From NCBI GenBank assembly GCA_964353355.1, contig CAYGVT010000066.1, positions 9,989 to 73,988 of the forward strand: a DNA stretch of 64,000 nt, in the 5' to 3' direction. Positions 45,611-54,031 of the stretch are shown here, in pieces (the first letter of the stretch is position 1; every line of letters begins with the position of its first letter). Source of the DNA: an uncultured Thermoplasmata archaeon (GTDB lineage Archaea; Thermoplasmatota; DTKX01; GCA-020343715). A program made the position numbers and the translations under genes. The notes below the pieces were generated by a model. That model saw nothing but the letters and a program-made list of their open reading frames with translations, did not search any database and was not told the origin of the DNA.

Positions 45611-46371
45611 GCTTCGAGCCGCGCATCGTGGGGGTGCTCTGCAACTGGTGCTCCTACGCGGGCGCCGACCTAGCGGGCACATCGCGCATCCAGTACCCCC
45701 CGAACGTGCGCGTGGTGCGCGTCATGTGCTCGGGGCGGGTCGACCCGCGGCTCGTGGTCGAGGCGCTGCTCTCGGGCGCGGACGGGGTGCTCGCGCTCGG
45801 CTGCCACCCGGGCGACTGCCACTACCAGACCGGCAACCTGGAGGCGCGCGAGAAGTTCGAGGCCCTCAAGGCCGTACTCGCGCTCACGCGCGCCGCGGCG
45901 GGCAGGTTCGACTATGACTGGGTCTCGGCCTCCGAGGGCGCGAGGTTCGCCGAGGTCGTCACCGCCTTCACCGTGCGCGTGCGCGCGCTGGGCCCGGTGC
46001 CGCGCGACGACGCGTCGCGCCGCGAGCTGCGCGCCGCGCTGCGCGAGGCGGGCGAGTTCCGCACGCGGTGGCTCGTGGGCCGCGGCAGGCGCATCCAGCT
46101 CGAGGGCGACGCCTACGGGCAGCCCGTGGACGCCGCCAGGTGGGGGGACATCGTCGGCGCCGTGCTGCGGGAGCAGTTCACGCGCGCGCTCATCCTCGAG
46201 CGCGCGTCCGAGGGCGCCGTGACGGTCGAGGAGCTCGCCTCGCTCACGGGTCTCGAGCCCGCGACCGTGCTGAGGCACGTCCAGAGGCTCCGCGCCAAGG
46301 GCGACATCGCCATCGAGGGGGCGCGCGGCCGGTCGCCGCTGTGGAGGACGACGGGGGTGGTCGGCGAATGA
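45607..46371 (+). CDS. mvhD: MvhD-like [2Fe-2S] protein fused to a C-terminal winged-helix-like domain
   Basis: The N-terminal 140 aa match MvhD (IVGVLCNWCSYAGADLAG...VMCSGRVDP...GCHPGDCHY). The C-terminal about 110 aa contain VTVEELASLTGLEPATVLRHVQRLRAKGDI. GTG start overlaps the hdrA stop. Confidence 0.78.
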   Translation: MSFEPRIVGVLCNWCSYAGADLAGTSRIQYPPNVRVVRVMCSGRVDPRLVVEALLSGADGVLALGCHPGDCHYQTGNLEAREKFEALKAVLALTRAAAGRFDYDWVSASEGARFAEVVTAFTVRVRALGPVPRDDASRRELRAALREAGEFRTRWLVGRGRRIQLEGDAYGQPVDAARWGDIVGAVLREQFTRALILERASEGAVTVEELASLTGLEPATVLRHVQRLRAKGDIAIEGARGRSPLWRTTGVVGE

Positions 46372-49300
46372 CCTCCGCACCGACCGAGAGGCCCAAGGAC
46401 GCCGGGGCCGCACCGACACAGCAGGCCCCCGTGGGCTCAGTGCTCGTGGTGGGCGGGGGCATCGCGGGCATGCAATCCGCGCTCGACCTCGCCGGCGCGG
46501 GATTCCTGGTCCACGTCGTCGAGGAGAGGGGCGGCATCGGAGGGTGGATGTCGCGGCTCGACAAGACGTTCCCCACGAACGACTGCTCCATGTGCATCCT
46601 CGCGCCCAAGCTCGTCGAGGTGGGCCGCCACCCCAACGTGCGCCTGCGCACGAGCGCCCGCCTCCTGGGCCTCGAGGGCGAGGCCGGCGCCTTCGTGGCG
46701 ACCGTGGAGGAGACCCCTAGGTACATCGACCCCGCCAGGTGCACCGGCTGCAGCCTGTGCGCGCAGTGGTGCCCGGTCGATGCCGTGTCCGACTACGACA
46801 AGGGCGTCGGGGACCGCCCCGCGGTGTCGGCGCTGTTCCCCCAGACCGTGCCCCTTGTCTACTCCATCGACCGCGACGCGTGCATCGGCTGCGGGCTGTG
46901 CGCCGAGGTCTGCGCGGCGCGTGCGGTCGACTACGCGCAGAAGGCCAAGGTCGAGCGCGTCCCGGTGGGCGCGGTCGTGCTCGCGGCGGGCTTCGAGGAC
47001 GTGCCCGGCACCGTCCGGCCGGAGTACGGCTGGGGCCGGTTCCCCAACGTGGTGACCTCGCCGCAGTTCGAGCGCATCCTGGCGGCGTCCGGGCCCTACG
47101 CAGGCGAGGTGCTGCGGCCCTCCGACGGCACGCGACCGGCGAGGATCGCCTGGTTGCAGTGCGTGGGCTCGCGCGACGAGCGCCGCGGCAGGCCCTACTG
47201 CTCCTCGGTGTGCTGCACCTACGCCACCAAGGAGGCGGTCATCGCCAAGGAGCACCTCGGCCGCGGCTCGGTCGACTGCCACATCTTCTTCATGGACATG
47301 CGCACCTTCGGCAAGGGCTTCGAGGAGTACTTCGACCGCGCCCGCAACGACTACGGGGTCAGGTACACCAGGTGCCGCATCGGGGAGGTCGTCGAGGACC
47401 CCTCCACGCACGGCCTCGAGGTCGTGTTCGAGGACGAGGGGGGGCGCGCGGGACGCGAGCGGTTCGACATGGTCGTGCTCGCGACCGGCCTGGACCCGCC
47501 AGCGGGGGGGCGCGAGCTCGCGGCCGCGACGGGCGTGGAGCTCGACGCGCACGGGTTCGTGCGCGCGGGCGTGTTCGGCCCCGTGGACACGTCGCGCCCG
47601 GGCGTGTTCGCCTGCGGCGCTCTCTCGGGCCCCAAGGACATCCCCGACACGGTCGCGTCTGCGTCCGCGGCCGCTGCCAGGGCCGCGTCCATCGTCGCGC
47701 CCTCGAGGGGCGCGGAGGTCGTGGCGCCCGTGCTGCCCGAGGAGATCGACGTCGCCTCCCAGGACACGCGCGTGGGCGTGTTCGTGTGCCACTGCGGCAT
47801 CAACATCGGCGGTGTCGTCGACGTGCCCGCGGTCGTCGAGCACGCAAGGCGGCTGCCGGGCGTCGCGTGGGTCGAGGACAACCTCTACACCTGCTCGCAG
47901 GACACGCAGGACCGCATCGTCGAGCGCGTGCGCGAGAGCGGCATCAACCGCGTCGTCGTGGCGTCGTGCACCCCGCGCACGCACGAGCCCCTCTTCCAGG
48001 GCACCATCCGCAAGGCGGGCCTCAACCCGTACCTCTTCGAGCTCGCGAGCCTGCGCGAGCACTCCTCCTGGGTCCATCGGGACGACCCCGAGGCCGCGAC
48101 CCTGAAGGCCATGCGCCTTGTCGACATGGCCGTGGACAAGGTCCGGCGCGCGATGCCCGTGCGAAAGGAGCTCGCGCCCGTCGAGCCCGTGGGCCTTGTC
48201 ATCGGCGGCGGGCCCGCGGGCATGGCCGCCGCCCTCGGCATGGCCGACCAGGGCATCCGCACGGTGCTGGTGGAGCGCTCCGACCGGCTGGGCGGCGGGC
48301 TGCTCCGGCTCCCCCACATCCTCGAGCCCGAGGACCCCGCGCGGGCCCTCCGGGAAATGATAGCGCGCGTCACGTCCTCGCCCCTCGTGGAGGTGCTGCT
48401 GTCCTCCGAGCTCTCCTCCTTCTCCGGGGTCGTGGGCGGCTTCGACGCCGTCGTGCGCACCCCCGCCGGTGAGCGGCCCGTGCGCGTAGGCGCCGTCATC
48501 GTCGCCACGGGCGCGCGCGAGCTCCGGCCCGCGGGCGAGCACCTCTACGGCGAGGACGCGCGGGTCATGACCTCGCTCGAGGCCGGCGAGGCCCTGGAGG
48601 CGGGCACCTTCCCGACCCGGGGTGCGGTCGCGTTCGTCCAGTGCGTCGGCTCGCGCATCCCGGAGCGGCCCCAGTGCTCGCGCGTGTGCTGCTCCACGGC
48701 CGTGAAGAACGCCATCCGCATCAAGGAGCGCGACCCCGAGCGCGAGGTCGTTGTGCTCTACCGCGACGTCCGCACCTACGGCATGCGCGAGGCGGCCTAC
48801 CGGCGCGCGCGGGAGCTCGGCGTCCTGTTCGCGCGGTTCGAGCTCGAGGCCCCGCCCAGGGTCGTGCGCGACGGGGGCTCGCTGCAAATCGAGTGGACGG
48901 ACCTGGTCGCGCGCAGGCGTGTGCGGCGCCGCGTCGGGGCCGTCGTGCTCGCCTCCGCGAGCCTGCCCGCCGAGGGCACGGAGGGGCTCGCGCGCATGCT
49001 CAAGGTGCCGCTCGACGAGCGGGGCTTCCTGCTCGAGGCCCACATGAAGATCCGCCCGCTGGACTTCGCCACCGACGGCGTGTTCCTCGCGGGCGCATGC
49101 CACTCCCAGAGGTTCCTCGACGAGGCCATCGCGCAGGGCCTCGGGGCGGCCTCGCGCGCCTCGACCATCCTGGCCAACCCCACGGTGCTGACGGAGGGGC
49201 TGCCCGCGCGCGTGGACGAGGCGAGGTGCACCGGCTGCGGCACGTGCGAGGCAAACTGCGCGTACGAGGCCATCAAGGTCGACCCCGCGCGGGGGGTCGC

Positions 49301-49445
49301 GGTCGTGAGCGGCGTGCTGTGCAAGGGCTGCGGAACTTGCGCGTGCGTGTGCCCGTCGGGCGCGGTGTCGCTCCCGCGGTACGAGAAGGAGCAGCTGTGC
49401 GCGATGATAGAGGACGCGGTTCTGCCGGAGAGGGGGGTGGGCTGA
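46368..49445 (+). CDS. hdrA: HdrA-like flavoprotein, second tandem double unit (1025 aa)
   Basis: Same architecture as 42614..45610: VLVVGGGIAGMQSALDLA, LDKTFPTNDCSMC, Fd CTGCSLCAQWCP/CIGCGLCAEVC, internal VGVFVCHCGINIGGVVD, second Rossmann GLVIGGGPAGMAAALGMA, C-terminal CTGCGTCEANC/CKGCGTCACVCP. Confidence 0.88.
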   Translation: MTSAPTERPKDAGAAPTQQAPVGSVLVVGGGIAGMQSALDLAGAGFLVHVVEERGGIGGWMSRLDKTFPTNDCSMCILAPKLVEVGRHPNVRLRTSARLLGLEGEAGAFVATVEETPRYIDPARCTGCSLCAQWCPVDAVSDYDKGVGDRPAVSALFPQTVPLVYSIDRDACIGCGLCAEVCAARAVDYAQKAKVERVPVGAVVLAAGFEDVPGTVRPEYGWGRFPNVVTSPQFERILAASGPYAGEVLRPSDGTRPARIAWLQCVGSRDERRGRPYCSSVCCTYATKEAVIAKEHLGRGSVDCHIFFMDMRTFGKGFEEYFDRARNDYGVRYTRCRIGEVVEDPSTHGLEVVFEDEGGRAGRERFDMVVLATGLDPPAGGRELAAATGVELDAHGFVRAGVFGPVDTSRPGVFACGALSGPKDIPDTVASASAAAARAASIVAPSRGAEVVAPVLPEEIDVASQDTRVGVFVCHCGINIGGVVDVPAVVEHARRLPGVAWVEDNLYTCSQDTQDRIVERVRESGINRVVVASCTPRTHEPLFQGTIRKAGLNPYLFELASLREHSSWVHRDDPEAATLKAMRLVDMAVDKVRRAMPVRKELAPVEPVGLVIGGGPAGMAAALGMADQGIRTVLVERSDRLGGGLLRLPHILEPEDPARALREMIARVTSSPLVEVLLSSELSSFSGVVGGFDAVVRTPAGERPVRVGAVIVATGARELRPAGEHLYGEDARVMTSLEAGEALEAGTFPTRGAVAFVQCVGSRIPERPQCSRVCCSTAVKNAIRIKERDPEREVVVLYRDVRTYGMREAAYRRARELGVLFARFELEAPPRVVRDGGSLQIEWTDLVARRRVRRRVGAVVLASASLPAEGTEGLARMLKVPLDERGFLLEAHMKIRPLDFATDGVFLAGACHSQRFLDEAIAQGLGAASRASTILANPTVLTEGLPARVDEARCTGCGTCEANCAYEAIKVDPARGVAVVSGVLCKGCGTCACVCPSGAVSLPRYEKEQLCAMIEDAVLPERGVG

Positions 49446-51233
49446 GTGCCTGGGCTCAGGAGACAGGGAGGGCTGCGCAGGCTCGTGCTGCTGCCGCCGT
49501 GCGACGAGGAGTTCGCGAAGGCCGTGGACCTGGGGGGCCTCGCGCGCGACCTGGAGGCCGTGGGCGTGGCCTCGCGCGCCGATGCGCGGCTGTGCGGCCC
49601 GGGCCGCGACGCCGTGGTCGCCGAGCTCGTGAGGGCGACCGGGGCGGAGGCCATCGTCGTGGGCGGGCCCAGCCCCCGGACGCACGGAGACGAGTGGCGG
49701 CGCGCCGCCAAGGGCGCGGGCGTGCCTCCCGACCGGGTCGAGGTCGTGCCCCTCTGGGGCCAGTGCGCGCACCTGGCCGGTGCCCCGGGCGCCGCGGCGC
49801 GGCGCGCGCGCATCATGCTCGAATCCGCGCTCGCGCGCGTCGACCTGGGCACCGACCGCGCGGCGCGCTCGGTCGCGGCGTCGCAGTCGGTCCTCGTCAT
49901 AGGCGGCGGCGTCGCGGGCATGCAGACGGCCGTCGACCTCGCCGACATGGGGCACCGTGTGCACCTGGTCGAGCGCGGGGACGCGCTGGGGGGCAGGGCC
50001 TTCGTGCTCTCTCGCACCCACCCGACGCACGAGTGCAAGCCCGACGGGTGCTGCCCCGAGAGCTGCCGCGACTGCGTCCTCACCCCAAAGCCGGACATGG
50101 TCGCCACGCGCGCGGACATCGAGGTTCTGCTGGGGAGCGAGGTTGTGTCCATCGCCGGTGGCATCGGCGGATACCGCGCGACGGTGCGCACGCCGCAGGG
50201 CGAACGCGCGGTCGACGTGGGCGCCATCGTGGTGGCGACCGGCACGGTCCTCTTCGACCCCGCGGAGATGCCCGAGCTGCTGCCAGGGCACCCGGACGTG
50301 GTGACGTCGCTCGGGCTCGAGGCGATGCTCGACCGCGCCCGCAAATCCCAGCGCCCGCTCGCCAGGCCCTCCGACGGCGCCGTCCCGGCCAGGGTCCACT
50401 TCCTCCAGTGCGTGGGCTCGCGCGACACGCACCACGGCACGCGCGAGTGCTCGATCGTCTGCTGCACCTACGCGGTGGGGCAGGCGCTCGAGCTCAAGCG
50501 CACCCTGCCGCCAGGCAGCCGCGTCGCGGTCCACTACATCGACATGCGAGGGCCCTACCGCGGCTTCGAGGACCTCTACCTCGAGGCCCAGGAGGCCGGG
50601 GTGCTGTTCCTGCACGGACGGGTGGCGCAGGTCGAGCCCCGCGGCGGCGCGCTGCTCGTCGAGGGCGAGGAGGGCACGACGGACGAGCCGACCACGTGGG
50701 AGGCAGACCTGGTCGTGCTCTCGGTCGGCCAGCTGCCGTCGCCCGGCACCAGGGAGCTCGGTGCGATGCTGGGCGTGCCCTTCGACGAGGACGGCTTCCT
50801 CATGGAGTACAACGCCCACTGGGGCGTTCTGGAGCGGCGCGGGGTGCACGTCGTGGGCTGCGCCGCGGGGCCGCGCGGCATCCGGTACTCGGTGCGCGAC
50901 GCGCGAGAGGCCGCGCTCGCCGTCCACGTGGCGCTGCGCCACGCCAGCCTCGAGCTGGGGCTCGGCGTGGCCGAGGTTGACGACGGGAGGTGCACGGGCT
51001 GCGGTCAGTGCGTGGAGGCGTGCGAGTACGGCGCGGTGCGCCTCGAGGTCCGGACGGACCCGGCCACAGGGAGCAGGAGGCAGCTCGCGGTCGTCGACGC
51101 GAGGCTCTGCCGCGGCTGCGCCAACTGCGCCGTCGCCTGCCCGAGCACGGCCATCACGATGCCGGGCTTCACCGACGAGCAGATGGTGAGGGAGATAGAG
51201 CTCTCCGCGCAGCCGCGCGCGGAGGGGGGATGA
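49446..51233 (+). CDS. hdrA: HdrA-like flavoprotein, single unit (595 aa) with divergent N-domain lacking the CHCG motif
   Basis: Rossmann VLVIGGGVAGMQTAVDLA. C-terminal CTGCGQCVEACEYGAV/CRGCANCAVACP. GTG start immediately after the upstream stop. Confidence 0.78.
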   Translation: MPGLRRQGGLRRLVLLPPCDEEFAKAVDLGGLARDLEAVGVASRADARLCGPGRDAVVAELVRATGAEAIVVGGPSPRTHGDEWRRAAKGAGVPPDRVEVVPLWGQCAHLAGAPGAAARRARIMLESALARVDLGTDRAARSVAASQSVLVIGGGVAGMQTAVDLADMGHRVHLVERGDALGGRAFVLSRTHPTHECKPDGCCPESCRDCVLTPKPDMVATRADIEVLLGSEVVSIAGGIGGYRATVRTPQGERAVDVGAIVVATGTVLFDPAEMPELLPGHPDVVTSLGLEAMLDRARKSQRPLARPSDGAVPARVHFLQCVGSRDTHHGTRECSIVCCTYAVGQALELKRTLPPGSRVAVHYIDMRGPYRGFEDLYLEAQEAGVLFLHGRVAQVEPRGGALLVEGEEGTTDEPTTWEADLVVLSVGQLPSPGTRELGAMLGVPFDEDGFLMEYNAHWGVLERRGVHVVGCAAGPRGIRYSVRDAREAALAVHVALRHASLELGLGVAEVDDGRCTGCGQCVEACEYGAVRLEVRTDPATGSRRQLAVVDARLCRGCANCAVACPSTAITMPGFTDEQMVREIELSAQPRAEGG

Positions 51234-51234
51234 C

Positions 51235-51687
51235 ATGACCACCGAGGCCGCAACCACGCCCGAGGGCAAGGAGTGGAGACCGCGCATAGTGGGGTTCCTG
51301 TGCACCTGGTGCTCCTACACGGGCGCGGACCTCGCGGGTGTGTCGAGGCTGCAGTACACGCCCGAGTTCATCCCCATCAGGGTCATGTGCTCGGGGGCCG
51401 TGGACCCGGCCTACGTCATCAAGGCCCTCCTCGAGGGCGCGGACGGCGTGCTCGTCGGCGGCTGCCACCCGGGCGACTGCCACTACCTCACGGGCAACTA
51501 CAAGGCGCGCCGCCGGCTCGCGGTGCTCAAGGAGCTGCTCGAGGGCATGGGCATCGACCCTAGGAGGCTGCGGCTCGAGTGGATCTCCGCCTCCGAGGGC
51601 GGCAAGTTCGCCGCGACCGTCACCGAGATGGAACGCGAGCTTCGGGCGCTCGGCCCCAACCCGCTCCCCAAGCAGGAGCTGCTATAG
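51235..51687 (+). CDS. mvhD: methyl-viologen-reducing hydrogenase delta subunit-like protein (MvhD)
   Basis: 150 aa. IVGFLCTWCSYTGADLAG, VMCSGAVDP, GCHPGDCHY. Confidence 0.85.
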   Translation: MTTEAATTPEGKEWRPRIVGFLCTWCSYTGADLAGVSRLQYTPEFIPIRVMCSGAVDPAYVIKALLEGADGVLVGGCHPGDCHYLTGNYKARRRLAVLKELLEGMGIDPRRLRLEWISASEGGKFAATVTEMERELRALGPNPLPKQELL

Positions 51688-51690
51688 GGG

Positions 51691-52776
51691 GTGCCGAGCA
51701 TGGTGTACGCGTTCAGGTGGGCGCTGGCGGCGGGCGAGGACAGGCAGTCCGCGGCCCGACGGCTGCTGCAGGAGGCGCTGAGGAGGGGGGCCGTCGGGGC
51801 GGTGCTCGTGCCCGCGGAGCTGCCCGGGGGCGCGGGCGTGGCGTACGCGCTCGCCACCCGGCCAGAGCGGCTCGCGTCGGCCGTGCCGGTCGCGCGCGCG
51901 ATGCCCCAGTTCGGCCCCCAGGACCTCGTGCGCTCGACCGAGCCGGGAGGGGGGCCGGTGCGCATCGCCGCGGTGCTCAAGCCCTGCGAGGCTCGCGCCG
52001 TCGTCGAGCTCATAAAGCTCAAGCAGGTGGACCCCGCCAGCCTCGTGCTCATCTCCCCGGACTGCCCCGGCACGGTCGAGCTCGAGGACTACGCGGCGAC
52101 CGGTGGCACGCCCGAGAAGGACCTCCCCCTGCGGCTCGCGTGCCGCATCTGCCGGCGGCCCGTCGCCGGCAAGGACGTGGACGTCGCGCTCGGGACGGCC
52201 GGGGCCAGGGACGACGAGCTGCTGCTCGTCGCCCAGACCGAGCGGGGCCGCGCCTTCCTGGAGGCGAGCGGCGCCCAGGCAATCGAGATTCCGCACGGCC
52301 GCGCCCACGCGGTCGCGCGGCTCGTTGCCAGGGGCGAGGAGGCCCACGATGCGCAGGAGAGGGCCTCGCGCGAAAAGTACTCGCGGCCCGGGGCGATGGA
52401 ATCCTCGCTCGCGACGTGCATCAAGTGCATGAACTGCATGAACGTGTGCCCCGTCTGCTACTGCAAGGAGTGCCTGTTCTACACGGACGCGTTCAACCCC
52501 ACCGCTGGCACGCTGGCCGACAAGGCCCGGCGCAGGGGCGTGGTGCGGGTGCCCACCGAGACCGTGCAGTTCCACCTCACGCGCATGGCGCACGTGATGA
52601 CAGCGTGCGTGATGTGCGGCCAGTGCGAGAGCGCGTGCCCCACCGGCGTGCCGCTCCTCGAGATGTACGCTGGCATCAACCGGCGCATCCAGGCCCTGTT
52701 CGACTACGAGGCTGGCAGGTCGGTCGAGGAGGCCCCGCCCTTCACCGAGTTCCGGGAGGACGAGGACTTCAGCTAA
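51691..52776 (+). CDS. FrhB/FdhB-family (coenzyme F420 hydrogenase/dehydrogenase beta-like) iron-sulfur flavoprotein-like subunit with 2x[4Fe-4S] ferredoxin motifs
   Basis: CIKCMNCMNVCPVCYC and CVMCGQCESACP. N-terminal about 200 aa resemble the FrhB_FdhB N-terminal domain. Terminal gene of the hdr cluster. Confidence 0.65.
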   Translation: MPSMVYAFRWALAAGEDRQSAARRLLQEALRRGAVGAVLVPAELPGGAGVAYALATRPERLASAVPVARAMPQFGPQDLVRSTEPGGGPVRIAAVLKPCEARAVVELIKLKQVDPASLVLISPDCPGTVELEDYAATGGTPEKDLPLRLACRICRRPVAGKDVDVALGTAGARDDELLLVAQTERGRAFLEASGAQAIEIPHGRAHAVARLVARGEEAHDAQERASREKYSRPGAMESSLATCIKCMNCMNVCPVCYCKECLFYTDAFNPTAGTLADKARRRGVVRVPTETVQFHLTRMAHVMTACVMCGQCESACPTGVPLLEMYAGINRRIQALFDYEAGRSVEEAPPFTEFREDEDFS

Positions 52777-52854
52777 GTCGCCCCTCCGGGCCGGTGGCCC
52801 GGGCGCCCCGCGCGCCGCCGGGCAGCCGCAGCCGCCACGGGGTCGGGCGCAGCA

Positions 52855-52945
52855 TCATGAGGAGGAGCACGAGGAGCACGAGCAGCACCACGAGCAGCAC
52901 CACGGCCAGCAGCGCGAGCAGGAGCAGGGCCAGCTGTGGGTCCAT
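52855..52945. repeat. imperfect GAGCAC/CAGCAC hexamer-type tandem repeat; minus strand encodes a Leu/Val-rich putative TM peptide
   Basis: catcatgaggaggagcacgaggagcacgagcagcaccacgagcagcaccacggccagcagcgcgagcaggagcagg. Minus-strand ORF 52769..53014 translates to MDPQLALLLLALLAVVLLVVLLVLLVLLLMML. Confidence 0.4.
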
Positions 52946-53313
52946 GTCCTCGAGGAGAGGCGGGGCGGGCCTGAAGGGTGGGATTGAAGAGAGGCCCATC
53001 GCGCTGCCGGCCAAGGCCCGGAGGCTCGGCGCCGCACGTGTGGAGCCAGTGCTGCGTGCGGTGCCGACGGCTGGGCGTCCCGCTGAAGCCAGGAGGAGAA
53101 GCAGAGGTGCGGGGCACCCCGCGCCGACCGCGATGCACCTTCCCTTCAGGCAACCGCCCCTTGCTGTGGCCCCCGGAGGAGGTGGGCCATTCAGCGATGC
53201 TACGTTGAGCGCCGACCCTAGATAAATGGCATGGCATTCGTTCTCCTGGATGTGAACGGTCCGCCCTGCGATGGGGCGGAATCTATTTCCGGCGGCGCGG
53301 CGTTAACCGCGTC

Positions 53314-53496
53314 ATGCGCCGCGACCTCATGGACATCCTCGCGTGCCCCGTCTGCAAGGGGGGCCTGGAGCTCCTCGCCAAGGAGGAGGACGCCGCAGGG
53401 GTCGTGTCGGGCACGCTGCGGTGCGCGCGGTGCGCGCACGACTACCCCATCGTCGACTCCATCCCCGACCTCAGGCCGCCCGGGGCCCACGCCTAG
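53314..53496 (+). CDS. Trm112/YcaR-like (DUF343) small zinc-ribbon protein
   Basis: MDILACPVCKGGLEL...LRCARCAHDYPIVDSIPDL matches the Trm112p-like fold signature. Confidence 0.62.
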   Translation: MRRDLMDILACPVCKGGLELLAKEEDAAGVVSGTLRCARCAHDYPIVDSIPDLRPPGAHA

Positions 53497-53563
53497 GGCG
53501 TCCGCTCGGGCTTGGCTCCGTGCGATGGGGGCCGATGCCGCCGAAGGGGGGCGCGGGCCCGCC

Positions 53564-53965
53564 CTAGTGGTGGAGCGTCTCGAGGAACGCCTCGTAGGCG
53601 TTCGCGTCCATGAGCTCGCCAACCGCCTTGAGGTCGGCGGGCTTCAGGAGGACCAGCCAACCGGCCCCGTAGGGGTCGGCGTTGATGGTCTCGGGGGCGG
53701 AGAGCAGCTTGTCGTTGGCCTTCTCGACGACGCCCGGGACGGGGCAGTAGACGTCGGACGCGGACTTGACGGACTCCACGACGCCCAGCGCCTCCTCCTT
53801 GCCGAACTTCGCGCCAGGGGTCGGCAGCTCGACGTAGACGATGTCGCTGAGCGAGTCCTGCGCATAGTCCGTGACGCCGATGCGTACCATGGCGCCCTCG
53901 ACCTTGACCCACTCGTGGCTCTTGGTGTACCGGTAGGTTGCCTCGACCTTGCTCATGGCCTCCAC
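53564..53965 (-). CDS. gcvH: glycine cleavage system H protein (lipoyl carrier)
   Basis: 133 aa. TKSHEWVKVEG, GVTDYAQDSLSDIVYVELP, lipoyl-lysine context GVVESVKSASDVYCPVPG. Confidence 0.9.
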   Translation of the reverse strand: MEAMSKVEATYRYTKSHEWVKVEGAMVRIGVTDYAQDSLSDIVYVELPTPGAKFGKEEALGVVESVKSASDVYCPVPGVVEKANDKLLSAPETINADPYGAGWLVLLKPADLKAVGELMDANAYEAFLETLHH

Positions 53966-54031
53966 CTGGTATTTGTGCGGTATGGATTGGGCATTTATCT
54001 AGCTTTTGGGGCCCTCCCGGAGGGGCCTGGC

